Origin: Paecilomyces variotii
Lineage: Eukaryota
DNA: 64,000 nt
NCBI GenBank assembly: GCA_004022145.1
Contig: RCNU01000003.1
Strand: one strand, 5' to 3'
Every line of letters starts with the position of its first letter. Within the stretch, counting starts at the first letter, position 1. The position numbers and the translations under genes are program-made. The notes beneath the pieces were generated by a model. That model was not told the origin of the DNA, ran no database searches, and saw nothing but the letters and a program-made list of their open reading frames with translations. Shown here in pieces: positions 41,496 to 54,452 of the stretch.

Positions 41496-42498
41496 TTCGA
41501 GATCGTGATGATTCATGTTCGGTTCACGTGCATACATATACATGTGTGTGTGTGTATGTATTAGGGCAAGACATCATCGTCACCTAGAGAAAAGCAGAAA
41601 GAATTCATAACTATAGTCATGAGCTGCGATCACTCATCGTTGTATTTTGTAGATGAAATATACACGACTGAAGATATCGAATATCGAGCTTAATTCACTA
41701 TCAAAAGTGGTACGAGAAAATCTATGTCGACATAAGAAGAGAACAAAAGAAAAAAAACGTGACCCATCATCATCAAGCCCATGCATGACACAATAAAAAA
41801 AAGTAGACCAGTCCAGCTTTTCCCTGCACCCGCCCACGACATGGTAGCATCGCATCCCATCAAAGAGCGCTGAGTCAAGACTCCTGGTGCCTCGTATCCT
41901 GAGCCAGTATTGTGACACCCGGCCCAGTTTTCCATTGGGAGATCAGTTTACCCTTCGTTAAGCAGTGCTATACCGAGTTGTCAGGTATCGCGCAACCACG
42001 ATAGACTACGTACGCCACTTAGGGACGGCACGCGAAACCGCGAGGAAAGTCATGACTCTATGATACAAAGGCGTGAAAGTAGATACGAGGTAGGGACGAT
42101 ACAAAAAGACGTAACACCTCCCCGTCTCACAAGAAATAGACAAACACCGCGCCCGAGTACTTTTTTCGTCCCAAATTCCCTTCAATGTTGCTTGGAGAGT
42201 TCGCACCCACGTCTCCGCCATGAAGGAGAAGACCTGAGTGAATGACATCTGCACACGTACATAGCGAATTGGACTGAAAGGGACCTGGTAACCCGAATGT
42301 TGTCATGAAATAAGAGCCGGATGGGAGGACACCGTTAACAAAACTTTTCGTAACCGGGGATATCAGGGCCAGGAAAGAAAAATAAAAGGAAAATTGGAAG
42401 AGGAACAGAAAGTCATCGAACACGTAAATCGAGACTCCACATCAACCATGAGGTAAACTCGTCACCAATCGAAGAGGCACATCTAGAAGATCTACGAC

Positions 42499-44869
42499 TT
42501 AGTCTCCTCTGCAGCCTCCTCCTTAGCTTCCTCTTTCGGCTTGGCAGTCTCTCCAGAAGCAGCGTTGTCGCCACCTTTGTTCTTCATGTACTCGTCATAA
42601 ACAGTAATAGCTTCATCGACCTTGGCGCGCAAAGCGGCCTCGTCATCGATCCTAAAGGGGACTGTCAGCAAATGTCACATCTGAAGATAGGAGGAAATTC
42701 TGCAACTTACAGGCTAAGGAGCTCAACATTGTCCATCTCCAGAAGCATACCGGTGATCTTTCCAGCCAGCTCAGGCTGCTGAGCCTGGATCTTAGGGTAA
42801 ATAGCTTCACCTAGCATCTGCTTCTGCTGAGCGGGAGGAGCGGCAGTCAGGGTAGCGAGAGTGAGACCGCTAGGGGCAACTTCAGCACCGGCAACGGGAC
42901 CAGGAGCGTTCTGTCCGCGACCACCCTGGCCAGGGCGGATCTGCTGAGGAACACCTCCGCGACCCTGGAAGCCAGGGCCACCAGGACCGCGCATGCCAGG
43001 AACGTTAGCCATGTTGGGGGGGATACCCTGGATGGGGACCTGTCCGCGGCCACCGGCACCACGTCCGAAAGCCTGGACCTGGGCAATGGGAGGGTAGCCC
43101 AGACCGTTGGGAATAGCACCAGGAGCACCCATGGGGATGCCCTGAGCGAAGTTAGGAGGAATGGGCTGGTTGGCAGCGATTCCACGTCCTCCCTGCTGAG
43201 GGAAAGGAGGATATTGGCCAGGACGGCCACCGGGCATGCCAGCCATGACCATACCGGGCTGAGGAGCGAAGGCCAGGCCACCACGGCCAGCAGCACCAGC
43301 GGGGAGGAAGCCCTGCTGGCCGGGTCCGTAGAAGACGGCCGGCTGCATGTAGGGCTGGGGCATACCAGCGGCGGCGGCGGCCTGCTGCTGACGGATGGTG
43401 TTGCGGGCCTGAATGGAGGCCTCAAGCTGGCTTCTTCGGACATCCTTACGCTGAGCCAGAGCGACGTAGAGGGGCTTGCCGTTGACCATGCGCTGGTTCA
43501 TCTCAGTGACGGCCTTAGAAGCCTCATCGGGGCTGCTGAAGCAGACGAAACCGAAGCCCTTGCTCTTGCCAAGAGCCTTCTTCTCGCCCTTCTCGGACTT
43601 CTTGTCCTTCTTCTCCTCCTCCTTGGACTCCTCCTGCTTCTCTTCAGCCTTAGTCTCCTCACCCTCTGCCTTCTCCTTTTCAGCCTCCTCGCCTTCCTTG
43701 GTCTCCTTAGTCTCCTTCACGTTCTCCTTCTCGGAGTCGGAGCTAGAGCGCTCAAGGGTGTCACGCATGACCCTGGCGGAGGTGATAGTACCGTAGGGGC
43801 TGAAGAGGTCCCGGAGCTTGTCGTCGTCAATGTCATCCGTCAGGTTCTTGACGTAGAGGTTGACGCCCTGGTACTTGGACGCCTTCTCGACGCGAGCAGC
43901 CTCATACTGCTTGCGGAGTTCCTCCTCACGCTCGTGCTTCTTCTGAGCACGGCCAACGTAGAGCTTCTGGCTCTTGTACTCCTTGTCGTTCAGTTCATCA
44001 ACGGCGGCCTGCGCACTCTCGTGGGTGGAGAAGTTGACGAAACCGAAGCCACGGCTCTTGCCAGTCTCCTGGTCACGGCTGACGGTGGCAGAGGTGATAT
44101 CACCGTACTTTGAGAAGAGTTCACGGAACTCCTCGTCGGTAGTCTCGGGGTCGAGGTTCTTCACGTAGACGTTGGTGAAGTTGGCCTTCATCTCCTCGAA
44201 CTTGCTCTGACGGTCCTTCTTGGCGATGTGGTGTCCGACATAGACCTTCTTCTCGTTCAGCAGCATTCCGTTGACGTGCTTGATGGCGTTGTTGGCGGCC
44301 TCAGCAGTCTCGTAGTGAACGAAACCGTAACCCTTGGAGTTACCAAACTCGTCCTGAGCGACCTTGCAGCTCAGGATGTTGCCGAAGGCAGCGAAGGTGT
44401 CGTGAAGAGCCTTGTTGTCAATGGCAGCGTCCAGGTTCTTAATGAAGACATTGCCCTGACCAGTCTTGCGCAGAGCCGGGTCACGCTGAGACCACATGAT
44501 ACGGCAAGGACGGCCCTTGATCAGAGTGTAGTTCAGGTCCTCCAGAGCACGCTCACCGTCAGCGGTGTTGTTGTAGTTAACGTAGGCATATCCGAGGGAA
44601 CGTCTGGTGACGGCATCACGGCAGACACGGATGGAAGCGACCTGGCCGATGGAGGAGAAGAGCTCGAAGAGCATCGCCTCAGTCACCGAGGGGTCCAGCT
44701 CGCCGACATAGAGGGAAGCGGAGTGAGGCTGGCTGGCGCTGGTAGACTGCGCAGACTCAGTCGCGGGAGTCTCAGAGGCGACATTGGTGTTGGCCACGCT
44801 GCCGTTGGTATCAGGGGTACCGTTGGCGGTGTTGTCAGCGACGGGAGCAGTAGACACTTCCGCAGACAT
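42499..44869 (-). CDS. PAB1: Cytoplasmic poly(A)-binding protein
   Basis: Four RRMs ([41 protein letters not shown]) and an MLLE domain '[13 protein letters not shown]...[10 protein letters not shown]'; likely start is MSAEVST; one 3' intron. Confidence 0.97.
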
Positions 44870-46197
44870 TTTGATGATATCTAATCTAAAATCGACGATG
44901 TCAGTGATGGGTCTTCGGTATCCGGATGATGCTCTCGAGCTAGCGATGTCCTCTTGATCGCACACAAAGGGGCGGAGGTAATGTTTTCGCAAAAAACAAA
45001 AAAAAAAAAAAATTGTTTCGAGGAAACGTACCTGATCTCCTGGTGTAGAAGTCAAAAAGCAACGAGAGGTCGCGCCACACCTTAAGCCGTTAGAAGCAAA
45101 GGAGTGGTGTGTCTCAGCGTGTCACAGATGGATCTGCTTGGATTCTCCACGCGCGAAGAGGCTGGGAGAAGAAGCAACGATGCAAAGTTGGGCCGATCAC
45201 GAGGGATGGAGACAAAGGCGGCGGCAGGCGAGAATAAATAGTGCACAACAACCACACAGAGTCCGGATGGGCAAAACGGGAGGGGCTTTTTTAGAGGATT
45301 TTCCGATTTTTTTGAAGGTTTTTTCCGCTTTAATTTTTTTTGAGAAAAGGGAAAGGGGCAGAAGGGAGAAATAAGAAGGATGCTAAGAGTAGCAAAAAGG
45401 ATGCGAGGGTGGTGGGAAGACAGAAGTGGTGAAAGAGCTTTTGGGCCTTTTGTCGGGCTTTCTGGAAAACTCAAAGGGAAATTTCGTGAGTAGTGGCGCT
45501 AAGCCCGATCGGGACCCAGACATCGAGGGTTTTTTTTTTTTTTCTCTCTTTTTTTTTCTTTGCCCTTTGGTGGCAGCGGCGAAAATTATTTTATCTAAGC
45601 TCTCGCCTGGGTCCCTTGGTTTGACTGCCCGATCGCTGGATCGCGTATCAAAGGTTCTTCCTGTCCGATGGCCCCAGCTATACCCTGCTGGAATTTCGTT
45701 CTAGCTTTGAATCTTCGAGGCAGATTGTGGTAGAATGAGTGAGCATCCAGATCGGCGGTGATTGGTGGCGATAATCTTGTTTGGCTACTACCACAGTTCA
45801 TACATACACCTTCCATGAGGACATTCTACGCAGGGTATGCCAGTCAACATATCAAGACCCTGTCGCTTGTTCACTGGCGCCTGCAGTTTATTACATAGAC
45901 TTTCTGTGGCGTCATGATCGCGGTCCCTGCACCATCTGATCTATACACTCGCCACAAGAATCGGATGTTCTAGGCAACGATACATTATTAGGACTACACA
46001 TATCTCTATTGGCATAGCAAGGCATAGCAAAGCAGTATATCGCTAGATCGTTAAAAAGAACTCCCGACAGACGCCCCAATATGCAATTGGCCACATCCGC
46101 ATTCACGCCAGTGCACGTTAAAATAACGAATCAAATGCTCACATGAAACTCTCCCTGGCAAACGGGTTGACTGGATCGATGGCAGACAGATGGTGGA

Positions 46198-49100
46198 TCA
46201 GCTAAGATCGAATCCAGCTCCCGAATTGACAGCATAAAGCAGCTTCTCCTGCAGGACCTTAGGGTTCGAGTACCGAGGAAGCTTCAGTAGATTGACGCAG
46301 GTGCTGGTACTGGGAAGTCGCTCCTGGTCATCGCCAGAGTCACGGATGCTAAACCGGGGATTCAAGTGACTGAACCCCAACAGAGGAGCTCGTGGTGTCG
46401 AGGTGACGAACTTGAGGACTTTCGCTCGTTCCTCGTTGCTCATAGATTCCATGACCTGCCAGAACATCTTGACCGTTGGATGTTCCTCCTTGTCGTCTCC
46501 AATAGAGTAGACTCCCCCGTAAAGCGTGTTCCGCCGCAGATCCGCGACGTCAATCTCGCCGGAATCACCACCTACAAGTGTCTGCAATTCCGACTGGTTG
46601 AACATGGAAAGCCACGAGGGTTGAATGATCTGTCCCAAGCCCTGGAGGAAGGCATTTGTCTGCAAAAATGGCTGCACCTGCAGACGGTGACGTGCAATAT
46701 AGGAGATATAGACGAGGCGATTCTGATTCGTAACAGGGATGTTGGAACCGTTGGGCTTCAGCTCTCTAGTGATAGTACGTGTGGCAGCAGGTGTTCCATC
46801 GGGATTTGTCGGGCCTGGAAGAGGTATTGTATCTGTGACCGTGAAGTTGAGGGCAAAGTCTTCGACATCACCAGGGTAGTTCTTGAGTTGTAACTGTAGA
46901 CAATATTAGCACTTATTCTGTATAATTGCATGGCAACAACAGCTTACCAGGCCCTGGTAGAGACCTTCGTCAAGGTCTCTCAGATCATTCAAATTCGCCC
47001 GGTATGCGGATTCTCTCTGCGCAGAGCTTGTTCCGCCGGTCAGAGACCATTTGAGGAGGAAGAAACCAGCAAAATTGACGTCTACTAGTATTCCTTCGTA
47101 GAGGCACTTTCCGATAATACGACCTAGGAATTCATAGCGTCGAAGCAAATCACGGACTTGTTCATTCCACTCAGCACTGCCTTCGATGAAGCCTGTCTGT
47201 CGTAGAAGCTCCTTCCGTTGTTCAACAGCGGCAGGATTGGGGTATAGCAGGTGATGGTCATTCTCGACAAACAGATCGAGGCCGTTAGAGGGCTTGAACG
47301 CTTCGTTGGTCACGCTGGTCAGGAATTCCTTGGTTACACCACCGCCGTCGATTCCAGCTTCGACAGCGCCAAACCTGTCGATGAAGCTAATCTGGATAGG
47401 CTCTTTCAGGCCCTCCCCTAGCCCGTAGAACTGGTCAAACGCGTCTTCAAACACGCTTTCACGCCTAATGTTCGCATGATGGCGACTAAGAATATCGTGT
47501 GCCGCGGGTCCACCGTCTAGCATGCGGCCCATCAAGGCCTGCGCGACAGACATACGCCAGGCATCAGGATCGATGAAGCCGTGTCTTCGACGCATCTGAT
47601 CCCTGTAGATAAACTCCCGGAAGACCTGAACACGTGTAGCAAATGGTATGAAGAAAGGCATATTTCTGAGGATTTCCAGTCGAGGAGCGACCGCCTCCAG
47701 CTGCTTCCTCCTAGCCACTTGCTGCTGACGTCGCCGAAGAGCTTCGATGCGGCGAGCTTGTTGGGCTCTTCCTGTACCGATCAGTCCCAAAGAACTATCA
47801 GCAAAGTCCTCTAAGAATTCATCCTTATTTTCATCCTCATCTTCGTCACTCTCCTGGAGTTGATGCCGGTTCTCTTCTTCTGCGACGACGGCGGGAATGA
47901 AGCCTTCCATGTCAAAACGGCCAGTCATGAGCCAATGACCGTCAGGTAAGAACTTCCGTCTCGAACTGAAAACGGTTAGCAACGGTCCAACCAATTGACA
48001 AATGTGGTATGATACTTACTCTCGCTCGTGTATCATCCTCAGCAGACCAGTCACGAGACCCTTGAAATAGTCAAGAGGTATCCCAGTCACTCCAGGCAAA
48101 CCCTTCTCCTTATTCCTTAATTCCAAGTCTTTGACACCTGGCAAAGCGGACGAATTGAAGTAATCTCGGATGTTAGTTGTTTCTTGCTGAGGATGCGTTT
48201 CGTTGAGGTCTGCTGCATTCCAATAGAGAGTGAATCCTAGGTTCTTCAAGAAAACGGTCATATCTTTGATCTCGCGCAACGGAAGTGCGCTTTCTTTAGT
48301 CCATGAGACACGAGAACTCGAAGATACCGGAAGAGATGCGCCGCCAGAGAAGAATTCATCATCGTCCATGACTTTTAAGACGAATGTATACAACTCAAGA
48401 AACAGAAGAATGATGGTCCATTCTTGATCCCTTTCTCGTTGCGAGTTTTCTGGGACATTTCCATTCGCAAACTCGGAAGGTTGCAAAGGTTTCAATAGAG
48501 GGAGCACTTGATTCGAATCGCGGCTGATGTGGGCGAATATTTTCGTAGCACGCGAAGCCTGCCAGAAATACTTGATAGCAGGCACACGTGAGGTAGACTT
48601 CTCTCCCCTGTCATTTGCAGAAGCAGACCCCAAATACAGCCACATACGAATGTCATCACCCCGTCGTGGGAACACTCTCAAAAGTGTCAGGGCGTATGTA
48701 GCAAGAAACTTAGCTTCGCCTAACTCTCCAGGCTCGCCAGCTGAAGGAGGAGTAGACGGTATTTGAGACAATAGACCAGTGATGCTATTCTGGTTCACGA
48801 GACTGATAATCTGTTCTCTCACAAACGGATGAAGGGGGGAGGCCTGAACTTCTTCGCTCTCAGTGGAGTCATCTATTTCAAGACGACGCGATACATATGA
48901 GGCGACAGAGTTGAGGAGCGAAGACACTACTTTCACGAACTCAGGCTCAGGAGCTTTTTGCACAACACCTCCAAGAGCGTGGCGATAAATGAATATGAAA
49001 TATGCAAGGAGCCAGAGACGGTCTTCAGTATCTTCTGGGCTTGACAAAATTGGAGGAGCTTGAGATATGTGTGTATCCAATGCTGACGCAAGCAGCCTGT

Positions 49101-49989
49101 AGTTGATATTTGTTGCAAGATCCTCGATTGTCCCTATGTGACTATCAAGGTCTGGGATGGTGAGGTATGCTCTAGCAAACCACTCATATGCACCCAGAGT
49201 CTCTGATGTAAGCGGACGCAGCAAAGCGAGAACGCTCTCCACCAACATCTCTCTCGTCAGACTTGCCCCCTTCGAAAGTACCGAGAAATTTCTTGTCAAT
49301 GCAGCCATAGCAGAATAGTATTCATCTGCAATCCGTGCTAATTGTCTCGGTACCAAGCTTGTCAGGAAGACCAGCAAGCGCAGAAGCTCATTGATTGCAA
49401 ACTTGGGGGGCGAGGAAGAGGCGGCAGAAACTTGTAGCACGCGAAGAGTTGTTTTGGCAAGGCGTACCAGTAATGTCGTCCATTCACCCTCCGTAGCTAT
49501 CGAAGGCACTTCCTCAAGTGTGTGTTGGAAGGCTTTTGAAAAGTATAGCAGACGCAGGATATCGCCTGCATTCCTTATCTCAAGGAAATGCAACAACAAT
49601 CTAAGCTGTGACAAGCAGTCCGTAGCTGTCGAATAGCGTATGGGAGGCTGTGCTTGCAATATATCCTGTCCCTCAGGACCTTCGAAGGAGAGCCTAGCTG
49701 AGACTCTACCCTGCTCGACAGCGTCCCATTCAGATCTCCAGATATTGCGTGTTATCTTCCGACTCCTGTAGCCCCGCCATGTTCGTTGTATTCTGAGGCA
49801 TGCACTTAGCCGTTGCCTCTCTTGTTGTCTCAGGATTCGCTCTTGCTGTGCTATAGCCAAAGTATTCTGTGTACTGCCTCCGTGAGGAGCTCCTCTTCCT
49901 GAAGGAAATCCAGCAAAAGGATTTGCATTGCGGCTCCCCAGATTCACCTGGCGTGGGCGGCGTGAGCTGCCCGTGAAGGACTGGAACAT
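46198..49989 (-). CDS. IQ-motif HECT E3 ubiquitin ligase (UBE3C/Hul5-like)
   Basis: IQ motif 'RIQRTWRGYRSR'; 'PFFIPFATRV'; 'EAGIDGGGVTKEFL'; catalytic 'RLPSTSTCVNLLKLP'; C-terminus 'GFDLS'. Confidence 0.92.
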
Positions 49990-50758
49990 AGCTTCGAGCC
50001 GATCGAAGGATTAGTCGTTCGTTGACGAAGCTCAGACCAAGTGGCTAGTGTTTCCTGTAGACGCCGCGTAGCTGGACGCAGCTATCTCCATCGTTGAAGT
50101 GAAGGGAAATTAGTTTCAACGACACCGGTCAGTGTTGGTTACGACATACGCTCCGTGATGACGGCCGCGCATGAACGCCGGGGCTCGGGATGGTCCGCAC
50201 TCCAGGCCGAGCTCGCATCAGCCCACGAGGCTCGCGCTTATTGCCACCGCCAGAAGGCCGCCGAAGAATTCTAAAGACTTCGGCAGTATTTAATAATTAA
50301 TACTTACTGCGAGCTGACGAGTTATGCGCAAAGATTCTCTATCAGCGCTTTAGCTTAAATCTATGACAGCTTACCACCTTACACTGCTGGAACAATATGA
50401 ACAGAAAAAGCAGCCGTTGAAATGGTAGAGAAAAGACCGGGAGACCTCCCAGTGTTCTATGCTCTGTATATTCGAGCCTCTCAATCCAAGAAACAGTATG
50501 ATATCACCTAATCTCGCCAGAGAAACCACAATGCGTTATATGGTACAGGAATAGTAATAATAATTCTCGCCCAGTTGATTTTGCATCGGCACATATGGTG
50601 GACGTAGCCTTCTGCAGAGCCGTCTGTTTGCCAGACGCCTTGATATTGCCCTCATTGGGTGTCGATGATCCCATGGATTGGTATGCCAGTACTTCCCAAG
50701 AACGGATCATGAGCCGCCAGCTGGAAACAATTGGAAACCGTCGTCTCTCGCTGCGATC

Positions 50759-51220
50759 TCATGAACTCTTCGGTTGAGCGGCCTCGGTCTGCTCTGGCAG
50801 CGCTCCCTCCGCTTCCAGTCGCTCGTACTCGAGCACTTCCTGACCGTTATCTGACATCCACATCTTCAGATAGTCTTTTCCATCGAATGCTCGCTCCACG
50901 ATGATTTTCTTGCCGTTCTTTTCCAATTCCTTCGTGTATTTACTTCTCGTCGGGGCCATGCGTCGCGTGACGAACGGGGTGAGCTGCAAAAAGATCAGAT
51001 ACTGAGATTCCATCCAAGGAAGAAGCTTTCAAATTACCTTGAATTGATCAAGTTGCTCAGGGACAACATAAGTGCGGACTTTCTTCCAGTCGACCACGTA
51101 GGAGCCATTTTTTGCGAAGTATCCCATCGCTCCCGATCGGTTTCCCTTGTAGTAACCACCGTTGACCTGCTTGGTGGTCAGGCGCAAACGCGCCATCATG
51201 GGCTGAGAGGGCTTGAACAT
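50759..51220 (-). CDS. MRPL27: Mitochondrial large-subunit ribosomal protein L27 (mL41)
   Basis: 'RLTTKQVNGGYYKGNRSGAMG...WKKVRTYVVP..FK|LTPFV'; one intron. Confidence 0.88.
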
Positions 51221-51491
51221 TGTCTGCGACGGACGACAGAGACCAGTCGCTGGCAGATTGGACGATTTTCAACAAGGTCGACGGTGCTTGAAGAGGTCGC
51301 CGTCCTGGCTGAAGCGAGTCCGCATCGGCCTCGAGAGATTCTAACCGCGCTAGTAACTCCGTCTCCGAGAACTTCTTGGCCGCCAAAAGAAAAAAATACC
51401 ATACCACCCCACACTTCGCTGTCGAGCTGCAACACGCCCATGTTGACTGCTATTTGCTTCTCCTTTATCTAGAAGTAAAATATACGCAGCC

Positions 51492-54452
51492 ATGCCTGGC
51501 AGACAGTCGAATCAACTGCGGAGGCCCGAGGATAACGGTCCTCGGAAAGCAAAGCCCAGACGCAAGCGCGGAAAGAGTCTTAATGCGCTGACCATCGCGG
51601 AGCACCAATTCCCGATCAAACCAAGAATCCGCCGTCATCGTCTTGGTGAGGATGAAGAAGATGATGATGCTTCCAAACGCAAGCGCCAATCCCGTCACGC
51701 CGATGAAGATTCAGATGGTCCGGACACGAAGCGACGCAGAACCGGTGACGAATCCTCAGATGACAGCGGCGAGGGCGGAAGCGATAGTGAGGGACACCAG
51801 TGGAAAATAGGACAGGTGGACAGTGATGATGATAGCGAACTGGACAGCGATGAAGCCATGGGTGAGAGCGACGAGGAAAGATTCGATGGTTTCTCTTTCC
51901 GCGGGAGTTCTACGATGAAGTCCAAATCGGGGCGAGTTTCTGGCGGGAAGAAGTCAAAAGGCGCTATAGATCTATCTGAAGATGGTGACAACATCGAAGA
52001 AGACTCTGAGGACGATCTGGGAGAGGATGCCGTGGATCTGGCTACCGCATGGGACATGAACGCTTCTGAAGATGAACAAGAACAAAAGGCTCCACGGCCT
52101 AAGCAGAAAGCGTCAGACAATGCATCCAGTGACATGCAGTCTGAAGATGATGACGATGAAGCGGAGCTCAGCGACGACTCCGATCTGTCGGTGTCGGACG
52201 ATGAGGGAGACGATAACCAGCGCGGGCTTTCCAAGCTCCAAACTTTCGTGAACTCGATGGAGACAGAAGTAACGGCGAAACCATCGCGAAAGCTCGATTC
52301 TGGCACAGAGAAGGGCAAACCTACAGAATACGGCCTAAACTCCTCACGAAAATTGACTGTTGCGGACCTTATACCTTCCATCACCGATTCTCGCTTGAAG
52401 ACTTCTCTTAAGTATTTGGACCCTACTGTTGCGTCTAAAAAGTCTGCATCTACGGGCATTCCTGGAAAATTGCAAGCACCTCTTCCCAAGCGTCAACAAG
52501 ATCGGTTGGAGCGAGCTGCTGCTTATGAGAAGAGTAAGGAGACGCTCAACCGATGGATAGAGACGGTCAAGGCGAACCGGCGGGCAGAGCACTTGTCCTT
52601 CCCCTTGGTCAATCCTAACGAACAACCTACGACGAAAATGGATGTGGCTAAGCCGCAGACGGATCTCGAGAGCACTATCCAGAACATCCTGGTAGAGAGC
52701 GGACTGGCCGACTCCACTGAGAAGTCCGCAGAACAGCAAGTTCAGGAGTTCGAGGAGCTCGAGGCGCGAAAGCTTTCTCTTGAAGAGTTACAGGCCCGAA
52801 GAGCAGAGCTTCGCAAACATCGCGAGTTACTCTTCCGTGAGGAGGTCCGCGCAAAGAGAATCAAGAAGATTAAGAGCAAGTCCTACCGACGTGTTCATCG
52901 CAAGGAACGGGAAAAGATGGAGCAAATGGAGAGACAGGCCCTTCTGGAGGCGGGAGTGGACCTGGATGAGGAAGAAAGGGAAAAGAATGACCGGCACAGA
53001 GCTGAGGCTAGAATGGGAGCGAAGCATCGCGAGAGCAAATGGGCTAAGAGTCTCAAGCAGACTGGACGTGCCGCTTGGGATGAAGATGCTCGCGTAAGTG
53101 TAGCAGACATGGCGAGAAGGGATGAAGAACTTCAAAAACGGATCGAGGGTAAGCGGGTGCATCGCGAGGATGACGACTACCTTGGTTCGTCGAGTTCCGA
53201 GTCTGATGACGAGGATCCTTGGGCGGAAGATGCGTCTGATAGGGAGACACGCAAGCTTCGGCAGAAGTTGGATCAGTTGGAAGCAGACGAGGGTGCCGAA
53301 GACTTCAAGGGGCCGCATTCAAAGCTGCTTTCTATGAAGTTCATGCAGAACGCAGAGGCATCGCGCAAAGCACAAAATGACGCGGAGCTCAGGAGGCTGG
53401 CACGAGAGCTTGATGGTTCTGAATCACAATCAGAAGCTGAATCCGAAATTGGCAGGCAGAAGTTCGGTTCTACCAAACCCGATAAGCCCGAGAAAGAGAA
53501 GCCTTCCGTCCCGCGGAATGAGTTTGAGGAGCCTGCAGGGTCAGATGAAGAGGTAGAACACGCGCCAGCAGAGGACAAAGTGGAGATCGTTGCCAGTAAC
53601 TCCAAGAACCAAAAACAAGCACGCGCTTCTGTCAAGACTTCCCGCAACCGTGCGCAGGAGGGTTGGAGCAAGTCAGACTCGCCCCAGCCGGAGGACAATC
53701 CCTGGCTTGCTCAAACTACCAGAAACAATCGCCGCCGTGGAAACGACATTTCTGGAGAGACGGTCGACATCACATTACCGGAGCCCGTTCCGGGTTCCAG
53801 TGAAAAGAAGGCTGAGAAAATCAAGAGTCACTCCAAGGCCTCTTCCAACGGCCATCTAACAGCCAAGAAAACATTTAATGACGAGGGAAGCGGCAGCGAC
53901 GATGAAGATAACGTTCCGGTCCTCCTAAAGAACCATGACCTAGTCAAGAAAGCCTTCGCTGGTGACGAAGTTGTTCAGGACTTCGAACAAGAGAAACACG
54001 ATGTCATAGAGGAGGAAGGTGACAAGGTCGTGGATAACACGCTGCCAGGATGGGGAAGCTGGGCGGGTGAAGGAGTGAGCAAGAAACAGCAGAAGCGCCA
54101 AAAGCGTTTCCTCACCACTGTTGAAGGGATAAAGCCCGATAAACGCAAGGATGCCAGACTCGGGCATGTGATTATCAATGAGAAGAGGGTCAAAAAGGTG
54201 AGTTCTGTCAATGATCGCTTAAGAGATCCTTCTATACTACAGTGTCACAGTGCTGACTATCTTTTACAGAATGTGAAGTATCTAGCTTCTCAACTGCCTC
54301 ACCCGTTCGAGTCGAAACAACAGTACGAGCGCTCTCTCCGTCTGCCGATTGGTCCCGAGTGGACTACCAAGCAGACTTTCCAGGATGCTACCAAGCCTCG
54401 CGTGATGGTGAAGCAAGGCATCATCAAACCTATGGAGAAGCCGATGATCTAA
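51492..54452 (+). CDS. UTP14: SSU processome subunit Utp14
   Basis: 'PLPKRQQDRLER', 'AKRIKKIKSKSYRRV', 'LPGWGSWAG', 'VIINEK', 'LPHPFESKQQYERSLRLPIGPEW'; probable 72-nt in-frame intron at 54198-54269. Confidence 0.93.
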   Translation: MPGRQSNQLRRPEDNGPRKAKPRRKRGKSLNALTIAEHQFPIKPRIRRHRLGEDEEDDDASKRKRQSRHADEDSDGPDTKRRRTGDESSDDSGEGGSDSEGHQWKIGQVDSDDDSELDSDEAMGESDEERFDGFSFRGSSTMKSKSGRVSGGKKSKGAIDLSEDGDNIEEDSEDDLGEDAVDLATAWDMNASEDEQEQKAPRPKQKASDNASSDMQSEDDDDEAELSDDSDLSVSDDEGDDNQRGLSKLQTFVNSMETEVTAKPSRKLDSGTEKGKPTEYGLNSSRKLTVADLIPSITDSRLKTSLKYLDPTVASKKSASTGIPGKLQAPLPKRQQDRLERAAAYEKSKETLNRWIETVKANRRAEHLSFPLVNPNEQPTTKMDVAKPQTDLESTIQNILVESGLADSTEKSAEQQVQEFEELEARKLSLEELQARRAELRKHRELLFREEVRAKRIKKIKSKSYRRVHRKEREKMEQMERQALLEAGVDLDEEEREKNDRHRAEARMGAKHRESKWAKSLKQTGRAAWDEDARVSVADMARRDEELQKRIEGKRVHREDDDYLGSSSSESDDEDPWAEDASDRETRKLRQKLDQLEADEGAEDFKGPHSKLLSMKFMQNAEASRKAQNDAELRRLARELDGSESQSEAESEIGRQKFGSTKPDKPEKEKPSVPRNEFEEPAGSDEEVEHAPAEDKVEIVASNSKNQKQARASVKTSRNRAQEGWSKSDSPQPEDNPWLAQTTRNNRRRGNDISGETVDITLPEPVPGSSEKKAEKIKSHSKASSNGHLTAKKTFNDEGSGSDDEDNVPVLLKNHDLVKKAFAGDEVVQDFEQEKHDVIEEEGDKVVDNTLPGWGSWAGEGVSKKQQKRQKRFLTTVEGIKPDKRKDARLGHVIINEKRVKKVSSVNDRLRDPSILQCHSADYLLQNVKYLASQLPHPFESKQQYERSLRLPIGPEWTTKQTFQDATKPRVMVKQGIIKPMEKPMI

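Noticed and set aside
43214-44884. Long antisense ORFs (299 and 218 aa) opposite PAB1
   Set aside because: Shadow ORFs produced by the strong codon bias of a highly expressed gene; no recognisable domains
54198-54269. Apparent 24-aa insertion in Utp14
   Set aside because: Bounded by GTGAGT...CTGAC...ACAG: an ordinary 72-nt stop-free intron read through by the ORF finder
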